A stretch of 60,481 nt of DNA from a virus (taxonomy: Duplodnaviria > Caudoviricetes). The notes under the pieces are model-generated. The model was not told the origin of the DNA. It searched no databases and saw nothing but the letters and a program-made list of their open reading frames with translations. The stretch lies in IMG/VR virus record IMGVR_UViG_3300038462_000024, positions 1-60,481 of that record. One strand, given 5' to 3'. The translations under genes and the position numbers were made by a program. This document shows, piece after piece, positions 46,751 to 54,992 of this stretch (its first letter is position 1; every line of letters begins with the position of its first letter).

Positions 46751-48250
46751 CTACTCCGCTACGTCTACTAACACCAGTTCTGACTTAGCGCGCGTGTACG
46801 CCACGTAAATCAGGTTATTCTCCTGCTCCAGTTCCCATTCTTGCCGGGCGAAGATTGAGGGCATATAACGGTTTTGCCCCAGCAAGAATACCCGGTTCCA
46901 CTCGCGGCCCTTGGCCTTGTGGATGGTGGAAAGGGACAGGCGCGAGGCCCCAACTTCCTCACTGTCCTTAAAGATGTGTTCGATGCGGGCGCGTAACTGC
47001 TCCACCTCGTCCAGTCCCTCCGCCAGCACGGAAATCGTGCCTGCCCGGTCAACCAGCGCGGCGGCGGCCATGTCCTTCCCAACGCTCTTAAGTTTTTCCC
47101 TTTCCGTTTGAACAAAGTGCTCCATTCGAAGTAACAAATCCGAGCAAGCACTACACTTGAACCGGGAAATGAATTTGAGCAAGCCCTTGCCGATGTCGCG
47201 CCCCTCGACGTGGGCGGGCAGCCCCTTAGCAATCAGGATGTACGCGGCGGCCACCAGGGGGCGCGTATTCCGGCACAGGATAACATCCTCTCCAATTTTA
47301 AACTCGGTTTGATACAGTTGGGCCTCAGTTATGGTCGAAACGGAACCTTCGGGAGCCGACTCGTGGGCCTCGATGTGGGACACAACGGTTTGCGCCGCCT
47401 CCACCACGCGCTTAGGGCACCTATAGGTGACCGTAAGGGGCAGTTGGGTACACTTGAAGTCTTTTATTATCCGGTCGACTGCGGCGGCGTCAGCCCCATT
47501 GAAGCCGTAAATGGCCTGGTTACGATCCCCCACGAACATTGCCCGGCCGTCCCGCCTCAACATCTTGCGGGCCAAGATGCGCCGAATCGGGTTGGTGTCT
47601 TGGGCCTCGTCAGTCAACACCCAGTCGTGCTCAAACATGCGCAGGCCCGACACGGTGGGCATGTACAACATGTCGTTGAAATCGCAGTATTGGGGGGCCA
47701 GCTCAATATGCAAAAGCAGCGCGTCGGTCGAACGCTTGATTAGGTCCGCCACGGTCAGACTGGCAGGCAGGTCATACTCAATGCCGAAATGATCAATTAT
47801 GTCCAGCCAGTGTTGCCCAAACCCTGGAGACATGCCCGTCGTCCCGATTCCCCGCTGCTTGGCTTGGCCAACCAGGTTATCTACGATGGAAATGAGGTTG
47901 GCCGGGGTCCGCAACCGTTCAGCAACAATCCGAGATTTCTCCTTGGCTGCCTCAGGCCCGGCTTTGACTTGGGGGTACTGCCGCCGCCACGCGGCCAGCC
48001 CGAACTTGTGGAAAGTGCCCGTATACACTTTCTGGCTCAGGCCCGCCGCGTGAATCTTGGCCGTGATTTCGTCGGCGATTTTCTTGTTGAAGGCCACGAA
48101 CGCCACTTGGCCGGACATCCGGGAGCATGCTTCAATTAGTGTAGTAGTCTTACCCGCACCCGCTACGGCTTCAACAAAAGCGCTTCCGTGTCCGTTTTCC
48201 ACCCAGTTGAACACCGCGAGCTGCTGAGGGCTCCAAATCCGTTCTGACAT
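46751..48250 (-). CDS. UvrD/Rep-like SF1 helicase
   Basis: AVAGAGKTT, DEAQD, VGDRNQAIYGF, TYRCP, TIHKAKGREW, YVAYTRA. Confidence 0.93.
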   Translation of the reverse strand: MSERIWSPQQLAVFNWVENGHGSAFVEAVAGAGKTTTLIEACSRMSGQVAFVAFNKKIADEITAKIHAAGLSQKVYTGTFHKFGLAAWRRQYPQVKAGPEAAKEKSRIVAERLRTPANLISIVDNLVGQAKQRGIGTTGMSPGFGQHWLDIIDHFGIEYDLPASLTVADLIKRSTDALLLHIELAPQYCDFNDMLYMPTVSGLRMFEHDWVLTDEAQDTNPIRRILARKMLRRDGRAMFVGDRNQAIYGFNGADAAAVDRIIKDFKCTQLPLTVTYRCPKRVVEAAQTVVSHIEAHESAPEGSVSTITEAQLYQTEFKIGEDVILCRNTRPLVAAAYILIAKGLPAHVEGRDIGKGLLKFISRFKCSACSDLLLRMEHFVQTEREKLKSVGKDMAAAALVDRAGTISVLAEGLDEVEQLRARIEHIFKDSEEVGASRLSLSTIHKAKGREWNRVFLLGQNRYMPSIFARQEWELEQENNLIYVAYTRAKSELVLVDVAE

Positions 48251-48285
48251 TTCCTATCTCCTCTGGTCGCACGATTAACAAGTAC

Positions 48286-48315
48286 AGTTAAGCACAAATC
48301 TCGCCGCTTGTCAAG
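48286..48315 (-). promoter_or_regulatory. Putative promoter
   Basis: CTTGACA-N17-TTAACT with GTGC before the -10 element. Confidence 0.55.
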
Positions 48316-48324
48316 TCGTAATTG

Positions 48325-48837
48325 TCAACGGGTTTTCATGGTGTAGTGTGAACAGGCATAGGTTCGGGTGGTTCTGTCAAAATATACATCTTGAAGCCCG
48401 GTTTCAGGCCCTGTTATTTTAACGTGAACCGTTTCCCCGTTATTGTCCCCCTCCCACGAGGCCCAACTGTAGATTACGGCGGCTTCTCCCCCGCCCTCCG
48501 CCCGGCTAGGTTTTCCATCGGAATGAAAGCCATTTTCAACTAGGCGTCTGCCGATATTGTTCAATAGGGGCGTAAATGAGTCCAGCCTGTCGGAGGGCAG
48601 AGCGGCCACGACCACAGACACTAGGCCCGGCAGCAGGCGTAGTTTTGTTTCGTTAGGAAAGTTGCCCTCCTTCAGCGCGGCCACCACTTCCCTGTATCTA
48701 AGTTCCATGGCGCGGACAGCCGACAGCTCTGCTTGCTGCTGTTTCAAGTAGTCTGCAAATACCACATCGAACATTCTGTATTGAAGGGAAGGAACGGGAT
48801 GCGCCGCAGCTATGGGTGCGTCGAAAAAGTCAGCCAT
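48325..48837 (-). CDS. Hypothetical protein
   Basis: 170 aa; AGGAG RBS. Confidence 0.7.
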   Translation of the reverse strand: MADFFDAPIAAAHPVPSLQYRMFDVVFADYLKQQQAELSAVRAMELRYREVVAALKEGNFPNETKLRLLPGLVSVVVAALPSDRLDSFTPLLNNIGRRLVENGFHSDGKPSRAEGGGEAAVIYSWASWEGDNNGETVHVKITGPETGLQDVYFDRTTRTYACSHYTMKTR

Positions 48838-48852
48838 TGGTTTTCTCCTATT

Positions 48853-50271
48853 TTACGGGTTTCGGTAGCTTTGCATTGCTAACATAAGGCGGTCAACGTA
48901 GTCCGCCACGTTTTTCTTATTTCGAAGGGCCTCGATTGGCACTAAGTCAACCGGCGAAGCACATAGATCGAAATAATCACACGGTTGGTCCTGTTCGCCC
49001 CGGTGAATTCGGTCATTCATTTGCAGCCGATCACGCAGCCAATATGAGTTCTCGTAATAAATCAGCCGGTTAGCCCGGTCTTCCCCCTCTCCCCCCAGAA
49101 ACGTGTGGCCCATACACGCGGCGGACTGTTGCGCCACTAATATCCGGCAACTCGGGTCTTCGTTAAACTTCCGCTTTTCCGCGTTCTGCTCTTCGGCTTT
49201 CATTCCTCCCTTGAAAAACGCCGGTCTAACTCCCCACTTAGTTAATGCGGCAAACAGTTGTACTCCAGATTCCCGGTACACATACGAAACAATGGTCTTG
49301 CCGGGGCCTGCGTCGTGGATGTCCTTAACCGCTTGGATTTTAGGGTTAGCCCCGGCCGAGACTAACACCTCAGCTACGTCGCCATCCATCAAAATTCCGG
49401 AGGAAATCTGTTGAAGCTTGGCCGTGCGGTTCAAGACTAAACTAACCGATATTTCCCGGCCGTTAACAACTGTGCCGAACTCCTCCAACATGGCTTTGTA
49501 GTGCCGGAATTGCGCGGGCACCATTTCGACCATCGTCGGTTCATGCCAAATTTGAGGGGGCAGGTCCTTGCGCCAGTCACACTTCAAAGCCCGAAAGGCG
49601 TGTTTATCCAGGATGGGCGTCAGCCGTTCCTCGTTTTGTATTCCGATGACCTGCCGCCCCTGAAACCCCCCCTTCTTAGCAAACCGCGTCTTGAACGCAT
49701 AAGGGTTTACCCCGTTTAGCCCTCCCAATATCCGAATTTGGGACCAATAGTTAGTAACGTCCTTAGTTAACGGCGTGCCGTTCAGCCCCCTCACCATTAC
49801 CGCTAGTTGGGCGATTTGGATACTCTTTTTAGTCACCTGAGATTCGAAGTTACTAATGCAACTAGTTTCATCAAAGGCCAGGAAGCTTGGCCGCGAGGTA
49901 AGCAGCTTTTCTAGGGCCTCAAATCCCCGGTCGGTGCGCACCATTTCGTAATTAACCGCATAAAGGCTGCGCTTTCCCTTATCCGGGGGTTTATGCTTAG
50001 GCCAATACCCGGTTTCAATCCCAGCCGCGCCCCATTCGCGAGGGGCTAAGGTCCAGTCAAGTTTGAACGATTGAGGGGCCACCACCACCATAGTTTCTAA
50101 CTCGGAATTCAACCACTCATTGAGGGTGAGGGGGGTTTTCCCCAGCCCCTGTTCTAGCCAAAACCCATATTTGGCCTGGCCGTTGGCGCGGCGCATGGCT
50201 TCCATTTGCACCGCCCAAGGTTTCCGCCCATACTTGCCGTGGTTCAAGTTCCACTTAAGCCAGTCGGCCAT
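48853..50271 (-). CDS. SNF2-like SF2 helicase
   Basis: EQGLGKT, NYE, DETS, LNGTP, Q..DRIHR. Confidence 0.88.
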   Translation of the reverse strand: MADWLKWNLNHGKYGRKPWAVQMEAMRRANGQAKYGFWLEQGLGKTPLTLNEWLNSELETMVVVAPQSFKLDWTLAPREWGAAGIETGYWPKHKPPDKGKRSLYAVNYEMVRTDRGFEALEKLLTSRPSFLAFDETSCISNFESQVTKKSIQIAQLAVMVRGLNGTPLTKDVTNYWSQIRILGGLNGVNPYAFKTRFAKKGGFQGRQVIGIQNEERLTPILDKHAFRALKCDWRKDLPPQIWHEPTMVEMVPAQFRHYKAMLEEFGTVVNGREISVSLVLNRTAKLQQISSGILMDGDVAEVLVSAGANPKIQAVKDIHDAGPGKTIVSYVYRESGVQLFAALTKWGVRPAFFKGGMKAEEQNAEKRKFNEDPSCRILVAQQSAACMGHTFLGGEGEDRANRLIYYENSYWLRDRLQMNDRIHRGEQDQPCDYFDLCASPVDLVPIEALRNKKNVADYVDRLMLAMQSYRNP

Positions 50272-50584
50272 TGCTTCCTATCCAACCCGCACTAATAAAC
50301 CGCCTGGTCAGTTTCAACTTCCGCTTGGCCGAAAGTTTGGCGTACAGCGCTTTACGAATGCGGCGCAGCGAGATTAATAGTTGAACAGGGGCAGGCAAGT
50401 GGGCAATTGAGGGGTCCGAGGGGTGCGGGTTGCTGACACGGCGGGGGATTATGGGGCGCAGCGCCTCAACTCTGTCCAATCTCCTGTGTTCGTCGTCGCA
50501 GTAATAGGACCCTAGGGCGAGCCGGGCGGGGGACAGAGACTCCCCGCAATACTGGCACCACGTGATGGCTTTAGTCTCAACCAT
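50255..50584 (-). CDS. Hypothetical protein with CxxC motif
   Basis: CQYC...YC..EH; AGGAG RBS. Confidence 0.6.
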   Translation of the reverse strand: MVETKAITWCQYCGESLSPARLALGSYYCDDEHRRLDRVEALRPIIPRRVSNPHPSDPSIAHLPAPVQLLISLRRIRKALYAKLSAKRKLKLTRRFISAGWIGSNGRLA

Positions 50585-50601
50585 GTTAGTCTACTCCTAT
50601 G

Positions 50602-52266
50602 TTAATCCGAACAGCTTCCGTCAATAAAGCAAAGCTTAGGGGCGGTCGCATCGGTAAGTACGCCTTGACGCTTGCCTGCGCCCCGGTATGTGGTACACCC
50701 TTTGGCCCCTCCTTTCCACGCCCGAACGTAGACCTGGTTGAACTCCTCCCAGGTGACTTCAGACCCTACGTTACATGTCTTAGATACGGCGCTGTCAACG
50801 TGTTGCTGGGCCATCAACAGGACGTTTAGGTGGTCATCGACGCTGCATTGTTCAGCAGTTCTTCCCTTAACTCCGAAGCGGGCCACCCCGTAGTCAGCAA
50901 TTTCTACCAGCTCGGGGCCGTCCGCCATTTTAACCATACGCAATGTTGAGTGTGCAAACACGGGCTCAATCCCTCCGGACACGTTGTCCGCTGTCAAGCT
51001 TATCGTACCAGTCGGCGCGATCGATGTCAAGTGTGAATTGCGTATTCCGTGGGTCTTAATATCCGCCTGAAGACCAATAGGAAGCGTGTTGATAAACCGG
51101 CCCGCCGCATATTTTTCTTTATCCCAAAGGGGAAAGGCCCCCTTTTCTTCCGCCAGGGCCACACTGGCCCGGTAACAACCATCGCGGAGTACTGTCAATA
51201 TTCGGGCAGACCAATCCAGGAACGCCTCGCAACCATAAGGGGCACCCAGTGCCTCAACTGCGTTAGCCAACCCCATGACGCCCAACCCCATACGGCGTTT
51301 ACTTTTAGCCTCAAGCTCTTGAGGGGGTAGAGGGTATCGGGCTCTATCCACCACATTGTCCATGGCCCGTACCACGGGGGGGATATCAACCGCAAACTGG
51401 GCAAAATCAAATTCCCAGGCCCCCTCGGACCAGTTCATATAGGCGGGTAAGTTGAAGCTGCCCAGCAGGCACGCGCCGTTCGGCGGTAAGGGTTGTTCCC
51501 CACATGGGTTAGTTGCGGCAATTTTCTCACAATACCACAGGTTGTTCCACTTGTTGATGGTATCAATGAACAACACGCCGGGCTCCGCAAAGTCCCAAGT
51601 GGAACGCATCAGTTCCGCCCACAGGTCGCGGGCGTTAACGGTGCTAAAATGCCTGTCTCCCCAACGCAGGTCAAACGTGGTATCGGCTTCGAGCGTGGCC
51701 ATGAATTCGTCAGTAATCCCTACGGACAGGTTCATAGTTGTTAACGAGTGCTCGTCCTGTTTGGCCCGGATAAAATCCAGGATGTCCGGATGGTCAACCC
51801 TGAGCACACCCATCTGAGCAGCAGCCCGGTTTCCCGCCCCGTTAATGGTGGAGTTGATCACATGAAACACGTTCATGAAAGAAACTGGGCCGCTGGCTTT
51901 GGTGTCCAAGCTGGCGATGCGCTCCCCCCTCGGGCGCAGGGGAGAAAAATCATACCCAATGCCGCCGCCCAGCCTCAATGTTTCGGCGGCTTCCGTAGCT
52001 ACACCCATAATTCCCTGGATGCTGTCCGGGATTTCCCGAGACACAAAGCAGTTGTATGGGGTAGCGGTTCTAGTGGCCCCAATGGCAGACCAAACCCGGC
52101 CAGGGGGTGAAAACCGCCCCCCTAGCAGACAATCCCGGAACGCGTGGTAATGCGCCTCGTTGTCTTTGAGGGCATCGGCCACTCGGTTGCATGCCCCTCT
52201 AAACGATTCCCCCGCCGCCCGATATTTTTCTGCGTGTATCTGTTCAGAAATGCTTAATGTTGGCAT
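50602..52266 (-). CDS. nrdJ: Class II (adenosylcobalamin-dependent) ribonucleotide reductase
   Basis: NCFV, GGGIG, TNPCGEQPL, ACLLGS, IAPTGTIS, SKTCN; no NrdB beta subunit seen. Confidence 0.9.
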   Translation of the reverse strand: MPTLSISEQIHAEKYRAAGESFRGACNRVADALKDNEAHYHAFRDCLLGGRFSPPGRVWSAIGATRTATPYNCFVSREIPDSIQGIMGVATEAAETLRLGGGIGYDFSPLRPRGERIASLDTKASGPVSFMNVFHVINSTINGAGNRAAAQMGVLRVDHPDILDFIRAKQDEHSLTTMNLSVGITDEFMATLEADTTFDLRWGDRHFSTVNARDLWAELMRSTWDFAEPGVLFIDTINKWNNLWYCEKIAATNPCGEQPLPPNGACLLGSFNLPAYMNWSEGAWEFDFAQFAVDIPPVVRAMDNVVDRARYPLPPQELEAKSKRRMGLGVMGLANAVEALGAPYGCEAFLDWSARILTVLRDGCYRASVALAEEKGAFPLWDKEKYAAGRFINTLPIGLQADIKTHGIRNSHLTSIAPTGTISLTADNVSGGIEPVFAHSTLRMVKMADGPELVEIADYGVARFGVKGRTAEQCSVDDHLNVLLMAQQHVDSAVSKTCNVGSEVTWEEFNQVYVRAWKGGAKGCTTYRGAGKRQGVLTDATAPKLCFIDGSCSD

Positions 52267-52268
52267 GG

Positions 52269-52592
52269 TTAGACCCTCCTCGGGTCTTTAGTCCCATCGC
52301 GAAGCAACGCGAGATAAATCAGAAACGCAAAATTCGCGGTGTCGAACGCCTCCTGCAGCGAGTTGGGGTCAAACTTGTCCTTGAGGATTTGTTCGGTTAG
52401 CTCCCCAACCTCCCCCATGAGTTTCAACATTAACTCAGGTATTTGCGGCTTGTTGGGGGCGTCTTTGTGGGCGTTTAAATTAAGCTTGTAAATCATACCG
52501 GCAAAGAACAGGAGCAACTCGGTCCGGTAGTGGTTGAGGGCGGCGGGCAGCGGTATGCGCAGGTCCTGCGCGACGAGAGTTCCGTCAAGCAT
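52269..52592 (-). CDS. mazZ: MazG-like all-alpha dNTP pyrophosphohydrolase (MazZ/DUF550-like)
   Basis: EVGEL...EAFDTANF (ExxE...ExxD); directly downstream of purZ. Confidence 0.7.
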   Translation of the reverse strand: MLDGTLVAQDLRIPLPAALNHYRTELLLFFAGMIYKLNLNAHKDAPNKPQIPELMLKLMGEVGELTEQILKDKFDPNSLQEAFDTANFAFLIYLALLRDGTKDPRRV

Positions 52593-52616
52593 TATTAGTC
52601 ACCCCATTTGAGGAGA

Positions 52617-53687
52617 TTACAGGGACATATTCTCAATATCGGTTGTGGCGGGGCCAAACGCGGCTAGAAAATGCGGGGGGGCCACGCCTACCAGCTTGGC
52701 CTCTTCTTTTAATTTAGAAATAAGCTGGTACACGGCGGCTCGATCAGGCAGATAATCACAGAAAGTTAACAAGAAGATTTCTGGCCGGACTTTAACCAAC
52801 GCGTGCTCCGCCTGCTCAAAGGAGAATGTGAACACCCGCCGGGGGCGCTTGGTGACCGTGGTTAATTCAACCGGAACTCCCAGCCGCTCCCAGGAGGTTT
52901 CGTCCTGATCGGGGTAGCAGCCACCGGAAGAGTGCTCTCCCAGGTTTCCCACCCGAATAGGGAAAGTGCGCATAACCAGCAGGGACCCCCCGCAAAATAC
53001 TGGGTGAACTCCCGCGTCGTTCATGGCCCCCTCAATTGTGCTGTTCCGGCTGGTGCAATAAGGGTAGAACTGCCCGTCTAAACTGAGGTCTAATCCTTGA
53101 GGGACTTCGGCTAACACGGACTCCCCCGCCCATAGTGCTTGGTTTAAATCGAGGGGGCGGCAATAGGGGGTTAAAGACCGCACGTCTCTAGCGATTGGTC
53201 CTCCCCTCAACACTTTTCGAGCTAGGGCTTGTCCCACTCCTTTACACGTGGATGAGATGCGGGTTTGGGGGGACCCTTCATATCGTTCAAACTCAACGCA
53301 ATCCTTAGTGATAATGGCGGCGTTGGGGTGGATCTGAACGAGATGCCGGTGTTTCTCTGGAATGAAAGTAGAAATTTCATCCATAAGCATCTTCGGGTTA
53401 AAAACCGCCCCGGCGTTGAGGTAAATTCGGGGGTATAAGTCATTGTCCAGTGCGATGAGAGCGGCCGTGGGCAACAAGTTAGTAACGCGGGTGTTGCCCC
53501 GGTAGACACTGGTATGCCCTGCCTGCGCCCCCGCGTTGGTGGTGATAATGTCGAAGGTGCGGCCCCGCTTTTCCGCCAGCTCCGCCGCCAAATACGCGGC
53601 GGCGGCCCCCTTGCCCTCACTGCCGTATTGGCCGCCGATAACGAAAGACATCCGGCCAGCGGCCAGTAGGTTGAGCAGTCTCGACAT
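52617..53687 (-). CDS. purZ: PurZ-family aminodeoxyadenylosuccinate synthetase (2-aminoadenine pathway)
   Basis: GGQYGSEGKG (Ser where PurA has the catalytic Asp), AGHT, QG..LS...YPYCTSR, RTFPIRV, ELTTVTKRPRR, TFCDY; short 356-aa form. Confidence 0.88.
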   Translation of the reverse strand: MSRLLNLLAAGRMSFVIGGQYGSEGKGAAAAYLAAELAEKRGRTFDIITTNAGAQAGHTSVYRGNTRVTNLLPTAALIALDNDLYPRIYLNAGAVFNPKMLMDEISTFIPEKHRHLVQIHPNAAIITKDCVEFERYEGSPQTRISSTCKGVGQALARKVLRGGPIARDVRSLTPYCRPLDLNQALWAGESVLAEVPQGLDLSLDGQFYPYCTSRNSTIEGAMNDAGVHPVFCGGSLLVMRTFPIRVGNLGEHSSGGCYPDQDETSWERLGVPVELTTVTKRPRRVFTFSFEQAEHALVKVRPEIFLLTFCDYLPDRAAVYQLISKLKEEAKLVGVAPPHFLAAFGPATTDIENMSL

Positions 53688-53714
53688 TACCTGATTCTCC
53701 TTGGACGGGATGTT

Positions 53715-53912
53715 TTAATACTTGCGGGTTAAAACAACGTTGATGGGCTCAAAGTGCCCTTTTGGACCTCGTTGCACCTCAAAGCTGATGCTAACGTCCA
53801 ATTCCGTTGCCTTGTTCATGACGCCAGCCACCTCGTTAAGGAGGGGAAGCAAGTGGGACTTAAGCTCAAGTATCTGCTCATCAATACTTGGCAGTTCTAG
53901 TTTGTTCGGCAT
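53715..53912 (-). CDS. Hypothetical protein
   Basis: 65 aa; GAGGAG RBS. Confidence 0.65.
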   Translation of the reverse strand: MPNKLELPSIDEQILELKSHLLPLLNEVAGVMNKATELDVSISFEVQRGPKGHFEPINVVLTRKY

Positions 53913-53915
53913 TGG

Positions 53916-54506
53916 TTACTTCTCCTCGGGGGTTGGGTCAATAAGGTAGACGCGTAAACTACCCCGCCAGGTTTTTCGAAGGTGAAAGACGCCGCAACCC
54001 AGATCTACCTCAACATACCCGCTCCCGGCGTCGGGGTCCCCGCTCCCGGAGGGCATCGTGCCGCCGGTACGCCCGCCCGGTACGCCCGCCTCCCCCTGGT
54101 CGAGCCGGGGACCCCGACACGCCTCGCGGCCCGCTCGCGTTCGGCTATACCCCCCAGGGGAGGGAGTCTTTTCGGCGTCTAAGTCGTACCCCGCGCTCTG
54201 GGGTTGGACAACTCGGGGGTCGGGCTTGGCCTCGGGGTCCCCGGCGGGCGCAACTGGAATCCGGTCGAGTGCCATTTGGGCGTACCCGATGATATCCTGC
54301 CAGTGGTCATGGGCATTGGGGTTTCCAGCCGTAAGCCGCGCGAGCTTGTGGACAATCATCTCCACGGCTTCCCGCTGGGCGTACGTCAGCTTCCGCCAGC
54401 TCGGCGTTTTGTGCAGAATGTTCTTTATTTCCTGCGCCGTGTTGGCCATGTCAGTAAAATCCCCATGGGTCTTAGCCCGGTTGTTAATCATATCATGTAT
54501 GGTCAT
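53916..54506 (-). CDS. DUF6378-like alpha-helical protein with low-complexity tail
   Basis: R..THGDF...MIVHKLAR...G.....DHWQDIIGYA. Confidence 0.7.
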   Translation of the reverse strand: MTIHDMINNRAKTHGDFTDMANTAQEIKNILHKTPSWRKLTYAQREAVEMIVHKLARLTAGNPNAHDHWQDIIGYAQMALDRIPVAPAGDPEAKPDPRVVQPQSAGYDLDAEKTPSPGGYSRTRAGREACRGPRLDQGEAGVPGGRTGGTMPSGSGDPDAGSGYVEVDLGCGVFHLRKTWRGSLRVYLIDPTPEEK

Positions 54507-54985
54507 CGATACTCCTGGGGGGCAGACCCCTGTATGGCTCTAGTAATGTACTCAACCAGCGCGGGGGTGCGGGGGTCAAGTTTGACGTATTCACCTATGG
54601 GCAGGGCAAACTTGGTGTGAATAGGGGGTACCTGGTGCTCACCAATAGGGGCAACAAGTCTGAACTGCTCGAACCACAGGACAGTCACCCAGATATCCCG
54701 GCAGTTTTTGCCCGCAAAGCTTAGCACACCCGTGGGCATGCCCGCAAGATGAAAGTCCCTCAGAAACCGAAATTGGGGGACAGTGATTTCGACTGCGGTA
54801 TGGACAATGCGCAGGGGCACCGCGTACCGGTTAAACTTCACCTCCAACAGCGCGGTGGGCATCTCGGGAAGCTTAACCAGCAAGTCCGCCACACCGGTTA
54901 GGAAGCGGTTGCTCAGCTTGTGGGCACAACCCCCTGCCGCCTTGATTGATTTAACTGTGATTGACTGCAACTCGGTTTCAAGCAC
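54503..54985 (-). CDS. VRR-NUC/PD-(D/E)XK nuclease (resolvase-like)
   Basis: E..LQ...GVADL...LEVK...Q..F; GTG start after AAGGAG. Confidence 0.75.
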   Translation of the reverse strand: MLETELQSITVKSIKAAGGCAHKLSNRFLTGVADLLVKLPEMPTALLEVKFNRYAVPLRIVHTAVEITVPQFRFLRDFHLAGMPTGVLSFAGKNCRDIWVTVLWFEQFRLVAPIGEHQVPPIHTKFALPIGEYVKLDPRTPALVEYITRAIQGSAPQEYR

Positions 54986-54992
54986 TGAGCGG

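Noticed and set aside
52617-53687. Ordinary PurA auxiliary metabolic gene
   Set aside because: Catalytic Asp replaced by Ser, PIRV motif and MazG-like neighbour fit PurZ better
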